From Podospora anserina (Eukaryota), in the NCBI GenBank assembly GCA_017654855.1, contig CM030337.1, positions 1,860,001-1,924,000 on the forward strand: DNA of 64,000 nt, read 5' to 3'. The position numbers were made by a program, and so were the translations under genes. Positions 11,733-24,964 of the stretch are shown in pieces (position 1 is the stretch's first letter; each line of letters starts with the position of its first letter). The notes below the pieces were generated by a model. It was not told the origin of the DNA, did no database searches, and saw nothing but the letters and a program-made list of their open reading frames with translations.

Positions 11733-12637
11733 TACTGGACCCAACACATCAACTTTTCAAAACAATTCGTCCATGACTATTTGCTGACCGTCAGCAGCTT
11801 GACAGAAGACGTACCCTTCCAAGCGCGACCATGTAGACCCGGACCAGGTGAGTTGAGTTGATGCGTTGTAGGTATCATCCAGATACAACCTTTGAGCCCG
11901 AGGCTTTTTCTGCAAGAGAGGATTTAGACACATAGTAGAAGAATGCAATACAATTATGTCCTCCACCTCATTGCTGTCCTCTGTTCATGTGTGTGTATGT
12001 GATGTATATGGGATTTTTGCCAGTCTATAGCAGCTGCAGATGGACGAGATTCTGGTAAATGAGATGGCTACTTTAATATACGGTACCTTCCGAGACAATC
12101 TCTGCGACCCATCTGCGGCGCAGAAATGCAAAACGACATTGGTCATAGGTACCCGCTTTTCGGCAGTCAGGCAGTGGACCCAGCAAATGCGCCAGCCAGG
12201 AGTTGGACACTGCCAAGGCCTCCGGGGGGTCCCTTTTCGAAATCAGAAACGAAACGCCACGGGTTGCCGCTGCACCGTGAGGCTGATGCGAGCGAACACC
12301 TTTTGCCAACCTGACCCATCCATCGCCAACACAAAGCCACCTCAGCGAGTCTTGTTCCTCGTGCCACGCCATTGCCTATTTTTTTCGTATCCGTTGCATA
12401 CAACGGGCGAGCCATGCGTTGACCGACGACCACAACGGAATTCCAGACCGGTCCCCTCCTCTCCCCCCCGTTCACCGTCACCCCGTCCCCCCGAAGAGAT
12501 AACGCCCAGGGGTTCAAGCTTAAGCTTTCCCACGTCCCAAGGTTGCGCGCGCAACGAAAGGGGGCGAGGAAACTATCCCATCGGTTTTTGGTAGTGACGC
12601 CTTCACACCCACTCCGGTGCACGCCACACAAAAACAA

Positions 12638-14358
12638 ATGCTGCCCTTCACATCGTCGGGGTCCAAAGTGGTCCCCCGTCACCATGTAAGCGGGTACTCT
12701 AACGGTTATCCGCGAGGGAACACATTTGAGATTTCTCCCCACAGGTGCGCTCTCTTCTTTTTTCTTTTCTCCTCAGGGCGGCGCTTGGTTTCGGGGAGAC
12801 TGGTCTAACTTGTGATTTGAAAACAGATTCACACCACGAGGCACAACACCGATATCCCGAAGACGAAAACGCTTATTCGTACGGCTCGGCATCGTCGCGG
12901 CCATCCTTTTCCTCTTCGGTCTGATCACCTGGAACGGCGGCTCGGTCCTCTCGGTCCTCTCGCTCGGCCTGCTGTCGAGCAGCGACGACTTCCAGCTCGA
13001 GACGGTGCGATACTATGACCTGTCTAACGTCCAGGGCACCGCCAGGGGGTGGGAAAGGGAGGAGCGCATCCTGCTCTGCGTGCCCCTGCGCGACGCCGAG
13101 TCGCACCTGGGCATGTTCTTTTCGCACCTGAGGAACTTTACGTACCCGCACAACCTGATCGACCTGGCGTTTTTGGTGTCGGACTCCAAGGACAGGACGC
13201 TGGAGGTGCTGACGGAGAGCTTGGAGGCGATCCAGAACGATGTGGATGACAATCAGCACTTTGGGGAGATTTCGATTATTGAGAAGGATTTTGGACAGAT
13301 TGTGAATCAGGATGTGGAGAGCAGGCATGGGTTTGCGGCTCAGGCGCCGAGACGGAAGTTGATGGCAAGGGCGAGGAATTGGTTGTTGAGTGCGGCGCTG
13401 AGGCCGTATCATTCTTGGGTGTATTGGAGGGATGTGGATGTGGAGACGGCGCCGTTTACGATTTTGGAGGATTTGATGAGGCATAATAAGGATGTTATTG
13501 TTCCTAGTGAGTATTTTCTGTGGTGGGTGTCGATGTCTGTGGGGGTGGTTGACTAACGGTTCTTGTGTGATCAGATGTCTGGAGACCTCTTCCCGACTGG
13601 CTAGGTGGAGAGCAGCCTTATGATCTTAACTCGTGGCAGGAGTCAGAAACCGCCCTTGCTCTTGCCGACACTCTTGACGAAGACGCTGTCATTGTGGAGG
13701 GTTATGCCGAGTACGCGACATGGCGGCCTCATCTGGCATACCTGCGTGATCCTTACGGCGACCCAGATATGGAGATGGAGATCGATGGTGTTGGTGGCGT
13801 CAGCATTCTGGCCAAGGCGAGAGTTTTCCGTTATGGTGCTCATTTCCCGGCTTTCAGTTTCGAAAAGCATGCCGAAACTGAAGGTTTTGGAAAGGTATGT
13901 CGCAATTTCTGAGTGGCTGCTGAGGTACACAGCTAACAACTAGCAGATGGCCAAGAAGATGCAATTCTCGGTCGTGGGCTTGCCACACTACACTATCTGG
14001 CATTTGTACGAGCCTAGCGTTGACGATATCAAACACATGGAGGTACGCTACTCCCTCCACAGACTCTGTTGACCGAATATCTGCTAACGTATGATGACAG
14101 CAAATGGAGAAAGAGAGGTTAGCGAAGGAAGCCGAAGAAAAGGAAAAGGCAGAGAAGTCCAAGAAGATCAAGGAAGAGTTTGGTGATACCACGGGTCAGT
14201 GGGAACAAGATAAGACCAAGCTGCAGAACATCGCGTTGCAAGATAAGAAGGAGAAGGAGGCTCAGGCGGAGAAGAAGGCTGAGGCTCAGCCTGCTGCTCA
14301 AGCGCCAGCGCAAGGGCAACAGAAGGTTGAGGGGAAGCAGGAGGGTGCCAAGACGTGA
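12638..14358 (+). CDS. ANP1: Mannan polymerase subunit Anp1 (GT62); exons 12638-12744, 12827-13506, 13575-13894, 13947-14042, 14101-14358
   Basis: Type II TM anchor; ILLCVPLRDA, YPHNLIDLAFLVSDS, RRKLMARARNWL, WRDVD, YATWRPHLAY, WHLYEPS. Four canonical introns keep the frame. Confidence 0.9.
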
Positions 14359-15307
14359 TCACGATAATGGTTACGTCTGTGTATCTATCCCATTCTTCTT
14401 CTTCCACTTTTTGTTTACTATTTCATCCGGCTCTTTTAGAACTTTGGAGGCTGGAAGGGAGGGGGGAGGTGGGTGGGCGTTTTTGCAAAGCCAGACCGGG
14501 ACGGAACACGGCAAGACAAAAAGGAACGACATAATATCATGTACACTAGGTGTCACTTTCTTGCAACAGGCCAGCATTCATGGCAGAGGCGTTTTTCAAG
14601 TTTCTTCTTCTTTTTGTTTAAGACTACCTATGATAAAGATAAATGAACTGACTGGGTCATGTCATCGACATCTTTTTTTGTCCCCCTATTCTGTTGTAAT
14701 GAGTTTGTCTCGGTGGCATATTCAGGTGGCAGTTGAGTGGTTGCCTGTAGCTGTGGGGCAATGACCGCTGTTTAACCGATTGTGGCCGCTGGAGTTGACC
14801 ACCTAAACAAGGAGCTTGGATTCGCTACCTGACAATTCATTGGCTTTCGCGGCTTTGAGCCTCAAGGTGTCCTATCCACCCACCCCAGGGACCAGGATTG
14901 TACCTACAGTTGACGACGAGGCGCAACCTACCCCCCGAGTGCCAGCCAGCAGCAAGTGACGACGCTGACGCTTCGAATCAAACACATCTCACCGAGACAG
15001 CTTCGCGACATAATTCTTGCTGACGCGGTTAACGGGTATAGACCTTTTCTTTTGGGAGTTGCCTGGCAGTCACGGCGGAACAAACAGATGGGGGGAAGTT
15101 GAGAGTGTGTCTGTCCTCTTCTCACGAACAAATATCGTCACAAGGGCAATTGTTTGCCTTTCGAAGTCGCAACCCAACTACTCGACCCCTCGGTCGAACT
15201 CGAGCGAAACCCGACAAGTTATATATCCAACCACCCCACGTCGAAGGGCGATTCCTTTCTCCCAACACCGAGGGCGACAAGTTAGAAGCGCAAACTAAAC
15301 CAGCAGC

Positions 15308-18300
15308 ATGGGCAACGATGCCCTTCCCGCACCACCCAACATGGACACCGTCAACATCAACCACAACATAACAGCCCCCTCTGCCCCAGGAACCCCTCTC
15401 CCTCGGAACAGCACCACCGTCACAACAACTAGAGGAGGGGGCCCGATCGTCTCCTCCCGAATGCAGTACCGCTCCCGCCCTGTTTCCGTGGCCGTCGACC
15501 CAGTCTCGCTGGTGATATCCGAGTGCATAGCAATCACGTCGGCCATCCAGAAGCACGCCCGGTCCCCGCACTCGTCCGTGTCGGCCATTCTAGGAGGGAG
15601 CCCCAACCTCATCCAGCTCGTCCCCCCGCCGTCTCCCTCGTCCAGAGCGAGAAGCAAGTCCACCGCTGGCCAGCAGCAGCAACAGCAAGACGCGAACGAG
15701 CTGGCAACAAACAGATGGGGTCTGAGAGGGAAAAAAGGAAAGTCATTGGCGGACAACCCCCTTATTGCGGGTTTCGGACGGCTTCGTCAGGAGCTGGCGG
15801 GGGTGAAGGACATTCACCGGTTTGATTCCCTCGTGCTGCTGTATCCCTTCTTGCAGATTATACAGACCAAGGGGACGGCGGCGCCGGTGACTGTGCTGGC
15901 GCTGAGGGCTATTCAAAAGTTTTTGGCGTATGGGTTTGTCGCGCCGGTGAGCCCGAGATTCGCGCTTGCGATGCAGAGCTTGAGCGCGGCGATTACGCAT
16001 TGTCAGTTTGATATTAGTGATCCGGCGCAGGAGGAGGTGGTGCTGTTGATGATTTTGCATTTGATGGAGGATATGCTTAGTGGGCCGGGGGGGGATATTT
16101 TGAGTGATGAGAGTGTTTGTGATATGATGGGGAGGGGGTTGACGATTTGCAGCCGGCCGAGGTTTTCCGAGGTGCTGAGACGGACGGCGGAGGCGAGTAT
16201 GGTGAGGATGGTGCAGATTATTTTTGAGGATTTGAAGCATTTGGAGGTTGAGGCGGAGGAGGATGGGGAGGGGGGGCTGGAGGGAAAGATGGGGGGGGAT
16301 GATGGGGTGAAGATGGAGACTGGGGGTGAGGGGACGGGGAGTGAGGAGGCTGTGGGGGTTTTGGAGAAGGGGGAGGAGGGGGAGGTATCGGTTGAGGGGG
16401 GTGATGGGGTGGTTGAGGGAGAAGGGGGTGAGACGACTGAGAAGACGGCTTTGTTGGAGACGTCGGCGGTTGATGAGCCGAGGCTTTCATCGAGTTCGGA
16501 AAAGGCGAGCAGTACTGAGGAAACGGCTGCTGCTGGAGAACAGGGGAGGCCGAGTACGAGTTCTAACACGGAAATCAGCTCTGAGTCGTTTGACCTACGG
16601 CCTTATTCGTTACCATCGGTCCGCGAGCTTTTCAGGGTGCTGGTTAGCTTCTTGGACCCTCATGACCGCCGCCATCCCGATCAAATGAGAGTCATGGCTC
16701 TCAGGATCATCCACGTGGCGCTTGAGGTGGCAGGGCCATCGATTGCGAGGCACCCAGCGCTTGCGGCGATTGCAGAGGATCAGCTGTGCTGCTATCTCTT
16801 CCAGCTTGTACGCTCCGATAATATGGCCGTGCTGCAGGAAGCGTTGATTGTGGCCAGCACCCTTCTTTCCACCTGCAGACATGTTCTAAAGCTTCAGCAG
16901 GAGCTGTACCTGTCTTACTTGGTCGCTTGCCTTCATCCGGCGGTGGAGATCCCTCGAGAGCCAGGCATTGACCCCAGTCTTTATTCGGGCATCCCACAGT
17001 CGCCAAAGTTGGTCAAACCACCACCATCGCAACAAGGTAGTGGCCGTTCTACGCCTGTTCCAGTCAAGGACCGCCAAAAGTTGGGGCTGGAAGGGGGCGC
17101 GCGCAAACCAGATGCCAGACAGGCCATGGTTGAGAATATTGGAGTGCTGGCTCGCATGCCTACCTTTATGGTGGATCTGTTTGTCAACTATGACTGCGAT
17201 GAGGACAGGGCTGATCTGTGTGAGGACATGATCGGTCTGTTGTCAAGAAATGCGCTCCCAGACTCGGCTACTTGGAGCACGACAAGCGTGCCACCTCTCT
17301 GTTTGGATGCGCTACTTCGCTTCATCCAGTACATTGCAGAAAGACTTGACCAGACCCCTGAAACAGAGGGCTATCCCGACCCGGAAGTACTCAGAGAAAA
17401 AAGGCGAAGGAAAAAGCTCATCATCAAGGGCGCAAACAAGTTCAACGAAAATCCAAAGGGCGGCTTGGCATATCTCCAGGAAAAAGGGATCATTGCCGAT
17501 GCTAAAGACCCAGTCTGTGTGGCCAAGTTCTTGTCGGGTACGACAAGAGTCAACAAGAAGCAGCTTGGCGAGTTCCTCACCAAGAGAGGCAACGAGGCTA
17601 TTCTAGATGCGTTTATGGACCAGTTTGACTTCTCTGGAAAGAGAGCAGACGAGGCGCTGCGCATGATGCTGGGAACTTTCCGCCTGCCTGGCGAAGCGCC
17701 TCTGATTGAGAGGGTGGTTGTTTCATTCTCGGAGAAGTACTTCAAGTCGGAGCCTGAGGGCATCGCAGACCAGGACTCGGTCTATGTCCTCTCCTACGCG
17801 ATTATCATGCTGAATACGGACCAGCATAATCCAACCATCAAGAAAGAAGCTCGCATGAACGAGGCGGCCTTTGCGAGGAACTTGCGGGGTGTCAATGGCG
17901 GGAAGGATTTCCCTCCGGAGTACATCCATGACATCTTCCACGCCATCAGCACGAACGAGATCATCCTGCCTTCTGAGCATGACAACAAGCATGCGTTTGA
18001 CTATGCCTGGAAGGAGCTGCTTCTCAAGTCTGACTCGGCCGGGCCGCTGGTGTTGTGCGATACGAACATTTATGATGCCGACATGTTTGCCACGACGTGG
18101 AACGCGATTGTGTCGTGTTTGTTTTTTGTTTTCATGTCGGCGACGGATGATACGGTTTATGCGAGGGTGATTACCGGGTTCGATGAGTGCGCAAGGATCG
18201 CGACCAAGTACGGAAATAGCGAGGCGCTGGATGAGATTGTGTATCGGTTGGGCTATATCTCGACTCTGAGCAGTGAGGGAGGGTCGAATACGACGCTTAA

Positions 18301-20345
18301 TACCGAGGTGCAGGTTGGGGAGAATAGTGTTATGGTGAGTGAGCTGGCGGTCAAGTTTGGGAGGGATGTGAGGCCGCAGTTGGCGACGTTGGTGTTGTTT
18401 AGGGTTGTTACTGGGAGTGAGCCGGTGATCAAGAAGAGCTGGAAGCATGTGAGTTGCCCCCTGAGCATCCTAGGCCATATATGGGTTTGGTATTAATATC
18501 GTCTTTAGATCATTCGGATATGGCTCAACTTGTTTGTCAACTCGCTTATACCGCCGTTCTTCTCGACAGAAGCGGATAAGCTCTCGCTGCCGCCTATTCC
18601 TCTGCAGCCGCCATCTCAGGTCATTGATCGGGGTGCCAAGCAGAACGAGACAGGCTTCTTCTCGGCATTCACCTCGTATATCTCAAGCTATGCGGCCGAT
18701 GACCCGCCTGAACCTTCAGATGAGGAATTGGAGAGCACGCTCTGCACTGTCGACTGCGTCAACCAGTGTCACATGGGGGATGTGTTTGCCAATGTCTCGA
18801 GCCTACCAAGTCACAATCTTGAAGCACTGGTAGATTCTTTGCTGGCACAAATTCCAGAAGACAATGGGTCGACCGTCATCACTGTCAAGGCCGAGAATAT
18901 CCCACCGTCTGGAACTAACGGACAGAAACCTCGTCAGACCACCGCCGTCTACGACCCGGGGTTGGTATACATCTTGGAGTTCTGCACAGTCCTCGCCCTT
19001 CGTGATGAGACCACCATCGAGGTTCTCGGCAAGCGGGTCGTGGAAGCTATCCAGGAGATCCTGAGAGATGTTCCTCGGTACCACCCTGTCCTCATCGAGA
19101 GAGCCACCTTCTACCTCTTCAACCTCCTCCAAGCAAGCTACGACTTTGACTACGTCCGCGTTCCCATCCTCCTTCACACCGTCTCCAGCTTCCCCAAAGA
19201 CACTCTCATAAAGACGTCTGGTCTCGTTCTCCGCGGCCTAAAGCTCTGCATCGAAAAGCCATGCCCTCTCCGAAACGAGATGATGACCTCACCCGACTTT
19301 TGGGTCATCCTCCAGACCCTCGCCACCAACCCAGACTCAGCAGAGGCCGTCTTTGAGATTCTGGAGAAGGGTGTTATCAACAGCAACCCCTCGGCAATCA
19401 TGGCGGACAACTACGAGGCGTCTCTCTCGTTGCTCAACGAATATGCCAGCATGGCGAGCGTCGGCGCGGTAACAGAGCAGCAAAACGACCGCAAGGTCAA
19501 GGGCCGCAAATTCATTGCCAAGAAGCTTGAGAAACCAAGCGACAACAAGGTTGTCGAAAGGGGCGTTAGGGCACTGGAGGGAATCTACAAGCTCACGTCT
19601 CGCATCCCCGGTCTCATGTCCCAGAGTCATCTAGAGAGCAGGGAGGCGTGGTCGGCGTATTGGCTTCCTGTTTTCCAGGCCCTAACAACGCAGTGCACGA
19701 ACCCCTGTCGGGAAATTAGACATTTGGCGTTTTCTAGCCTGCAGAGGACGCTGCTCAGCCCAGATCTGACGTCCCAGGAGGAGCATGATGAGTGGACGGC
19801 GATTTTCGGGGAGGTGCTGTTCCCGCTTATCTTGAGGCTGTTGAAGCCGGAGGTTTTCAGCTCGGATCGGGACGGGATGAGCGAGACGAGGGTGCAGGCT
19901 GCGAGCTTGCTGAGCAAAGTTTTCTTGCAGTATTTGGTCATGCTGAGCGAGTGGGAGGGGCTGTTGGGGTTGTGGGTGAGGATTATTGAGATTATGGACC
20001 GGTTGATGAATAGTGGGCAGGGGGATAGTTTGGTAAGCTTTCTTGTCGAGATAAAGGGGATTCTTTTGCTAACGATTGACAAAATAGGAGGAGGCTGTTC
20101 CGGAGAATTTGAAGAATGTGTTGCTTATTATGGCGAGTAATGGGTACTTGGTGCCGCCGAGCAAGAAGCCCGAGAGGGAGGAGCTGTGGAACGAGACGTG
20201 GAAGAGGATTGATAGGTTTCTGCCGGGGTTGAGGGCGGATTTGGCGCTGGATGTGCCTGAGGAGGTGGTGCCGGCGGCTAGGGGGGAGCAGCAGGCGGTG
20301 CAGCCTCAAGGGGAGGAGGGGAAGGTGGAAGGGGCGGCGGCGTGA
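15308..20345 (+). CDS. GEA2: Large Sec7-domain ARF-GEF, Gea1/Gea2/GBF1 family; exons 15308-18448, 18509-20032, 20088-20345
   Basis: DCB/HUS region with LFVNYDCD, Sec7 glutamic finger FRLPGEAPLIER, IIMLNTDQHN, C-terminal HDS region; two canonical introns. Confidence 0.93.
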
Positions 20346-20638
20346 TTTTGATCTATTAGATGTGGATGGATTCGGACACCAAGCTGTGAGCATGTTTGTT
20401 GTTGTGGGGGGGTTATATACCATAATAGACTTTGGAATGCCTTTTTTGCAGGCTGCTTAAGAAATAGGAGGTAATGGTAAGGGTCATGACTGTCAAGGTG
20501 TGTTGGATCTTGTGTCGTGAGCTAAGGAGGAACGTCAAGCGTGATTGGTTGCTGGACAAGCTCATTGATAAAGACACCTTACTTCACCAGGCCCAGTTTC
20601 CAGCATCTCCAACGTTCGTCAAGTGATTGAGATAATTC

Positions 20639-21808
20639 ATGAAGTTCAACGGTGCTTCCCGGCGGAGCCACAGACATTTTGTTGCCATTGCAACACTTAT
20701 ATTCTCGACGCTCGCCATGTCGACTCCTGGGCCTGTCTCCAATGGCCAAGATGGCGAACAGAGAGTTATCAGTGACGGAGCAAAAGATGAGACCCAGACA
20801 TCTCGGGAAAAAAGCAGTGATAAAGAAGGGACAATCAGTGGCTTCAACCCTCCAGACTTTGAACTTCGCATTCTGGCCCTTGGTGATTCCATCACTTATG
20901 GGCAGGGCTCAAGCCATGGCAATGGGTAAGCTGTCAATCTTGAGTTGCATAACTAACCAGCCACTCAAACTGACTCATCTCCAGATACCGCAAATACCTC
21001 CGAGACTCCCTCCGGCAGGCAGGCTACAAAGTCAACATGGTCGGCAGCAAGCAGCACGGCCTCATGAACAACAACCAAGTCGGGGCACGCGACAAGATGG
21101 ACCAAGTCGCCACCATCCACGGATTATCTAAGCACTCGGTCAAGTACCAGCCCAACGTCATCCTCATCCACGCCGGCACCTTCGACACCCTCATGCAAAA
21201 TGATCTCTACGAGACAGAATACAACTATTCCATGCCAGCATTCGGGTCAGGGTCATCACCCTGGATCGGCGGCATCTACCAGCGATACGCCGAGATGGTA
21301 GACTATCTTTTCGATCAGGTGCCCAACACAACCATCATCTTGTCCACCATCATCCCGACCGGGGAATCGAATCATTTACAAAAACATGGACTATGTAACC
21401 TCCATGGCCCGAGAGGTTGTTGCCGATCATCTTTGGGTTCTCGAGCCTGAACGGCCCCAGAAGATTGTGCTCGCAGATATGTGGGCGGTCGGCATCGGAG
21501 CAGCAGAATTCGAGGTGATGGGTCGGCATGATTTCAGGTCGGATGGGATCCACCCCAACGATTCTGGATACGAGAAGATGGCGAGTATCTTCTTACGGGC
21601 GATTATCGGTCCCGGTGAAAGTGGCTTTCTTTCCCCGCCGAGAGATTCGGAGCATGTGGAAGACATGGCGGAAACTTACGGTGACGACCTTGACACCTTC
21701 ACTGTCGAGGCGCAGGTCCCGTCACCACTAACTGACGAGAATGTGATGATATATATGGCAGCACGGGCAACGGATATGAGGGGCACGGGGGGGCAAAACT
21801 CCAGATGA
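20639..21808 (+). pseudogene. SGNH/GDSL (CE3-like) esterase, frameshifted; intron 20926-20984
   Basis: LALGDSITYG, GYRKYLRD.L...VNMVGS, ILIHAGT, DGIHPNDSGYEKMA. The last block is in another frame; removing one G from GGGG 21361-21364 joins them (TGNRIIYKNMDYV). Confidence 0.75.
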
Positions 21809-22689
21809 TGGTATATGGAGTAAAGCAGAGGATTGATAACTGGGGCCCAAAAGAGCTACTCGTGTCCTTCAGATAATGAAGCTAATGCAGATATCAAGGA
21901 ACATGGAAAATGCCACCGTGGACTCCTGACAAGATTGTGGCTTCAACACGAGGCCACACGGGTGATTGAACACAAACTGGGGTTTCAAACTTTATTTCAG
22001 GCCACATCGGACTCCCACAGATATTAAAAGTCAAGCCCATCTGCACACATATTTCCTCCTTTCTCTTGCCGAATCCGACAGGACAAGGTCCTCAAAATTC
22101 CTCCCGCAACGCGCATCAAGATACAGACACAGCAAACATCACAGTACACTCAGCGGCCACTCGACACAGCAGACAGAACAGACACAGCAAATAGCACTCT
22201 AATTCAGACGACTATCACATCCACCACCCTCGCATCCCTGCCGTCTCGTCAGCCATAGCTAAAAGTTCTCACGCGTCAAACTCGTTCATCGCCTTCAGAT
22301 TCAATCCCTTTCTCTCAAATCCCGTGGGACGTGGGCACTGACCACCCACTGCCTTGCTCCCAGGTCCTCTTGATCTTCCAGCCTGGGCTACTTGCCTTTT
22401 CCTTCCTTTTCCATACCATCACAATATTCATCACTTTGTCCACACCTGCGTTGCGTCCCATCGTCCCATAAATCCAATCCCACAAATCCTTACACAACCC
22501 GCAAGCTCAAATGAGCAAACCTTTGTCATCCAACCACCCACGAACCATGAAAGTCAATGATGCAAAGCCCTCGACAACCCAACCGCCACCGTGCCAAGGT
22601 ACAAGTCGAGTCACTGGAGTAGCTGAGGCCAAGCCAATGACGAAGCCGGCCAGCCGTGAAAAGTCGTCAACATGGCACTTGAGCCACCG

Positions 22690-23535
22690 AGCCTCCGAGG
22701 TTGACCAAACCCATCCACCCCTCTTGCTTGTGTACACGATTGAACGCCAATGATGAAGCCGAGCCATAAGACACGTCGTCGGCATCGCTGATCGCCACTG
22801 AGGTTGATCAGACCGGCCGGGGAATGACTTGTGATAGTGGTAGCTAATGGCTATATGGGGTCCTTTGTTGTTGGCTGAACAAAATATCATCGCTAGGCCA
22901 AATTGGCCTTCAAAAAAGGAATTTCAACAAAAAGGAGCACCCACCTCGAACAAAGAATCTGGCCAATGATGAAGACCTGGCCGGTGTCAACACGCAGATC
23001 ATGTCAAGACAAGCCGTGCCTCTGAGGCTATCGATCGAACCCGGGGCAAGAAACCTGTGAGAGTGGTAGCCAACGGCTACGTGGGGGTCCCTAAGCATCC
23101 GCTAAGAAATATCATCACCGCTCAACAACGCTCAGAAAACAACAGACTTCTCAGCACAAGGAACATCCACCTCAAGAGAAACCGGCCAATGATGAGGAGC
23201 CGGTTAGCGTCGAGATATGCCGTGCCCCTGAGGCTATCGATTGAACCCGGGGGAGAGGACTTGTGAGAGTGGTAGTCAATGGCTCCGTGAGGTCCTTTAT
23301 TCCGCTTCTTCTAAAGCAAAAGTAACGATAGCATCGCTAGGCCACCGGCCTTCAGAAACACACTCTCGTCAAAAAAGGAGCAACCACCTCAAGAAAGGAA
23401 CCTGGCCGATGATGAAGAGTTGGCTGGCGTCGAAACAGGTCGTCGAGATCATGGTGGAACAAGTCGAGCGAGCCTCTGAGGCTGTTGACCGAACTGAGGG
23501 GACAAGAAGCTCATAAGAGCGGTAGCCAATTGCTA
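22690..23535 (+). repeat. Degenerate tandem repeat, about 205-250-bp units, probably a decayed repeat-protein gene
   Basis: Core GCC.CTGAGG.T..GA.C.AAC...G...TGTGA.AGTGGTAG.CAA recurs at about 22794, 23018, 23224 and 23472 (partial at 22691), with linked CCACCTC and GATGA(A/G)GA blocks. Confidence 0.75.
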
Positions 23536-24865
23536 TGTAATACGATCCTTTGATGTCTCAGTGATCGATGATGAGTTGACTGGCAGGGGAGGTCGTCATG
23601 AGGCCTGCGAACCTGTTGATTGCCGTCTGATGAGGCTGTCAAGTCTGCCGCGATGTCAAGTGACAGGTCGATGGAGGTTGATGAGTGTTTGAGGAGGCGA
23701 GGGTCGAGAATCCAAGGAAGAAGACTGAAAGCTGACTGTGGACAGACATCATGATAGAGGGAGAAGGATGACAAAGTCAAGAAGCGGTGGTGCAAGGTGA
23801 AGAGAAGAGAAGACGAAGGGGAGAATCCTGGGAAGATTGGAAGAGTCTTATGGTGCGCTCCATTGCTCGGCACTGACTTCCCCTTTTTTGATGGTTCTCA
23901 ACATGTGAGGCAAGTTGTTACTGAATCAGGTCATTAGCTTGCTGGTCCTGTGGAGCAATCGTGATGGCATCGTTCCATGAGGCTATTCAAGACAGTTGTG
24001 GGAAGAGCTTGGGAGGTCAAGGTGCAGGAAAGGGAGAGTTCGTTCCGGTGCTGGCACTTGCATTTGTTGACATATGGCTGGCCATGTTGAAACCCGTAAG
24101 CGGAATGGCTTCATGGGGACGTTGCCACCAACTGTAAGGGTTGCGACAGGAGCCGGAGGACAGCATTGTCAGAGAAGGTTTACACAACAAGGGGTGGCAT
24201 CATTCTGTCAAAGTTGGTAACGGTATTTCAGGGAAGGATAGCACATATGCACTCGAGTTGAGACTTGGGCAGGAATACACCAGGTACAGCAAGTATTGGG
24301 ACATGGCTTCATGATTTGGAACCCCTCAGCAATCGAAAGGACAGTTGCCTTGTGACATGAGGGTGAGCCCACGTTTATGAACGAAGGAAATGACGGACCA
24401 AGTCTCATTTCTTGGGTAGACACTTGACGAGTGATATGCTCTTGCGTTTTAATTCAAAGTACAATTCAGACCCAAAGCTCTGCTTTGCTATCGTGCCTTA
24501 GCGTCGAGGGGATTCCAAGGCCAAGGAAGGAGGATAAATTGTTCAAGGTGGCAGCAGCAGCAACAGCAACAACGGGTTCTTAAAAGGTTTGCTAGGGTAG
24601 GTAAACCCCGGAGCTTTTCTTCATTTTCATATTTTGTTTTTGATGAAGCCACCGGTGCGGCATGAGGATTGCTTCCAAACTCAGCATCACCTTCATCATG
24701 TGTTGGACATTCCTCCTGTGTAAGGGCGTTACTCGTTGGTCTGTTGATCGTGGGAAAGACCGCATAGAGGAAGGGTAACAGCGCGATTCTCAAACAGGTG
24801 CGGCTGTTTTTTGTGCACAGAGAAAGTACCGATGGTTGAAAGAAGGATCCGGGCGCATGGAGATA

Positions 24866-24909
24866 ACGTACATTATAAGCGAGTCGCGCATATAAGCGAG
24901 TCGCGCACT
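24866..24909 (+). repeat. Left TIR (44 bp) with an internal 17-bp direct repeat TATAAGCGAGTCGCGCA x2
   Basis: ACGTACATTATAAGCGAGTCGCGCATATAAGCGAGTCGCGCACT, the exact reverse complement of 26684-26727. Confidence 0.96.
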
Positions 24910-24964
24910 AGCCATCGCGACGCGTTCTCTCTACACTTAACATCATTTTTCTCCACAACCCAAC

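Larger units (their letters stand above)
10989..11900 (+). ncRNA. Non-coding snoRNA host transcript with three snoRNA-bearing introns (ends approximate)
   Basis: Donors GTACGT 11015, GTACGA 11254, GTATGT 11489, each followed by a C/D snoRNA, a CTAAC/CTGAC branch point and YAG. Exons are tiny and have no ORF. Confidence 0.8.

Noticed and set aside
12040-12742. 184-aa and 191-aa ORFs upstream of ANP1
   Set aside because: They overlap the ANP1 promoter/first exon and show no domain signal.
22690-23535. CRISPR-like array
   Set aside because: Eukaryotic locus; units are long and degenerate, the inter-core sequences are related to each other, and there are no cas genes.
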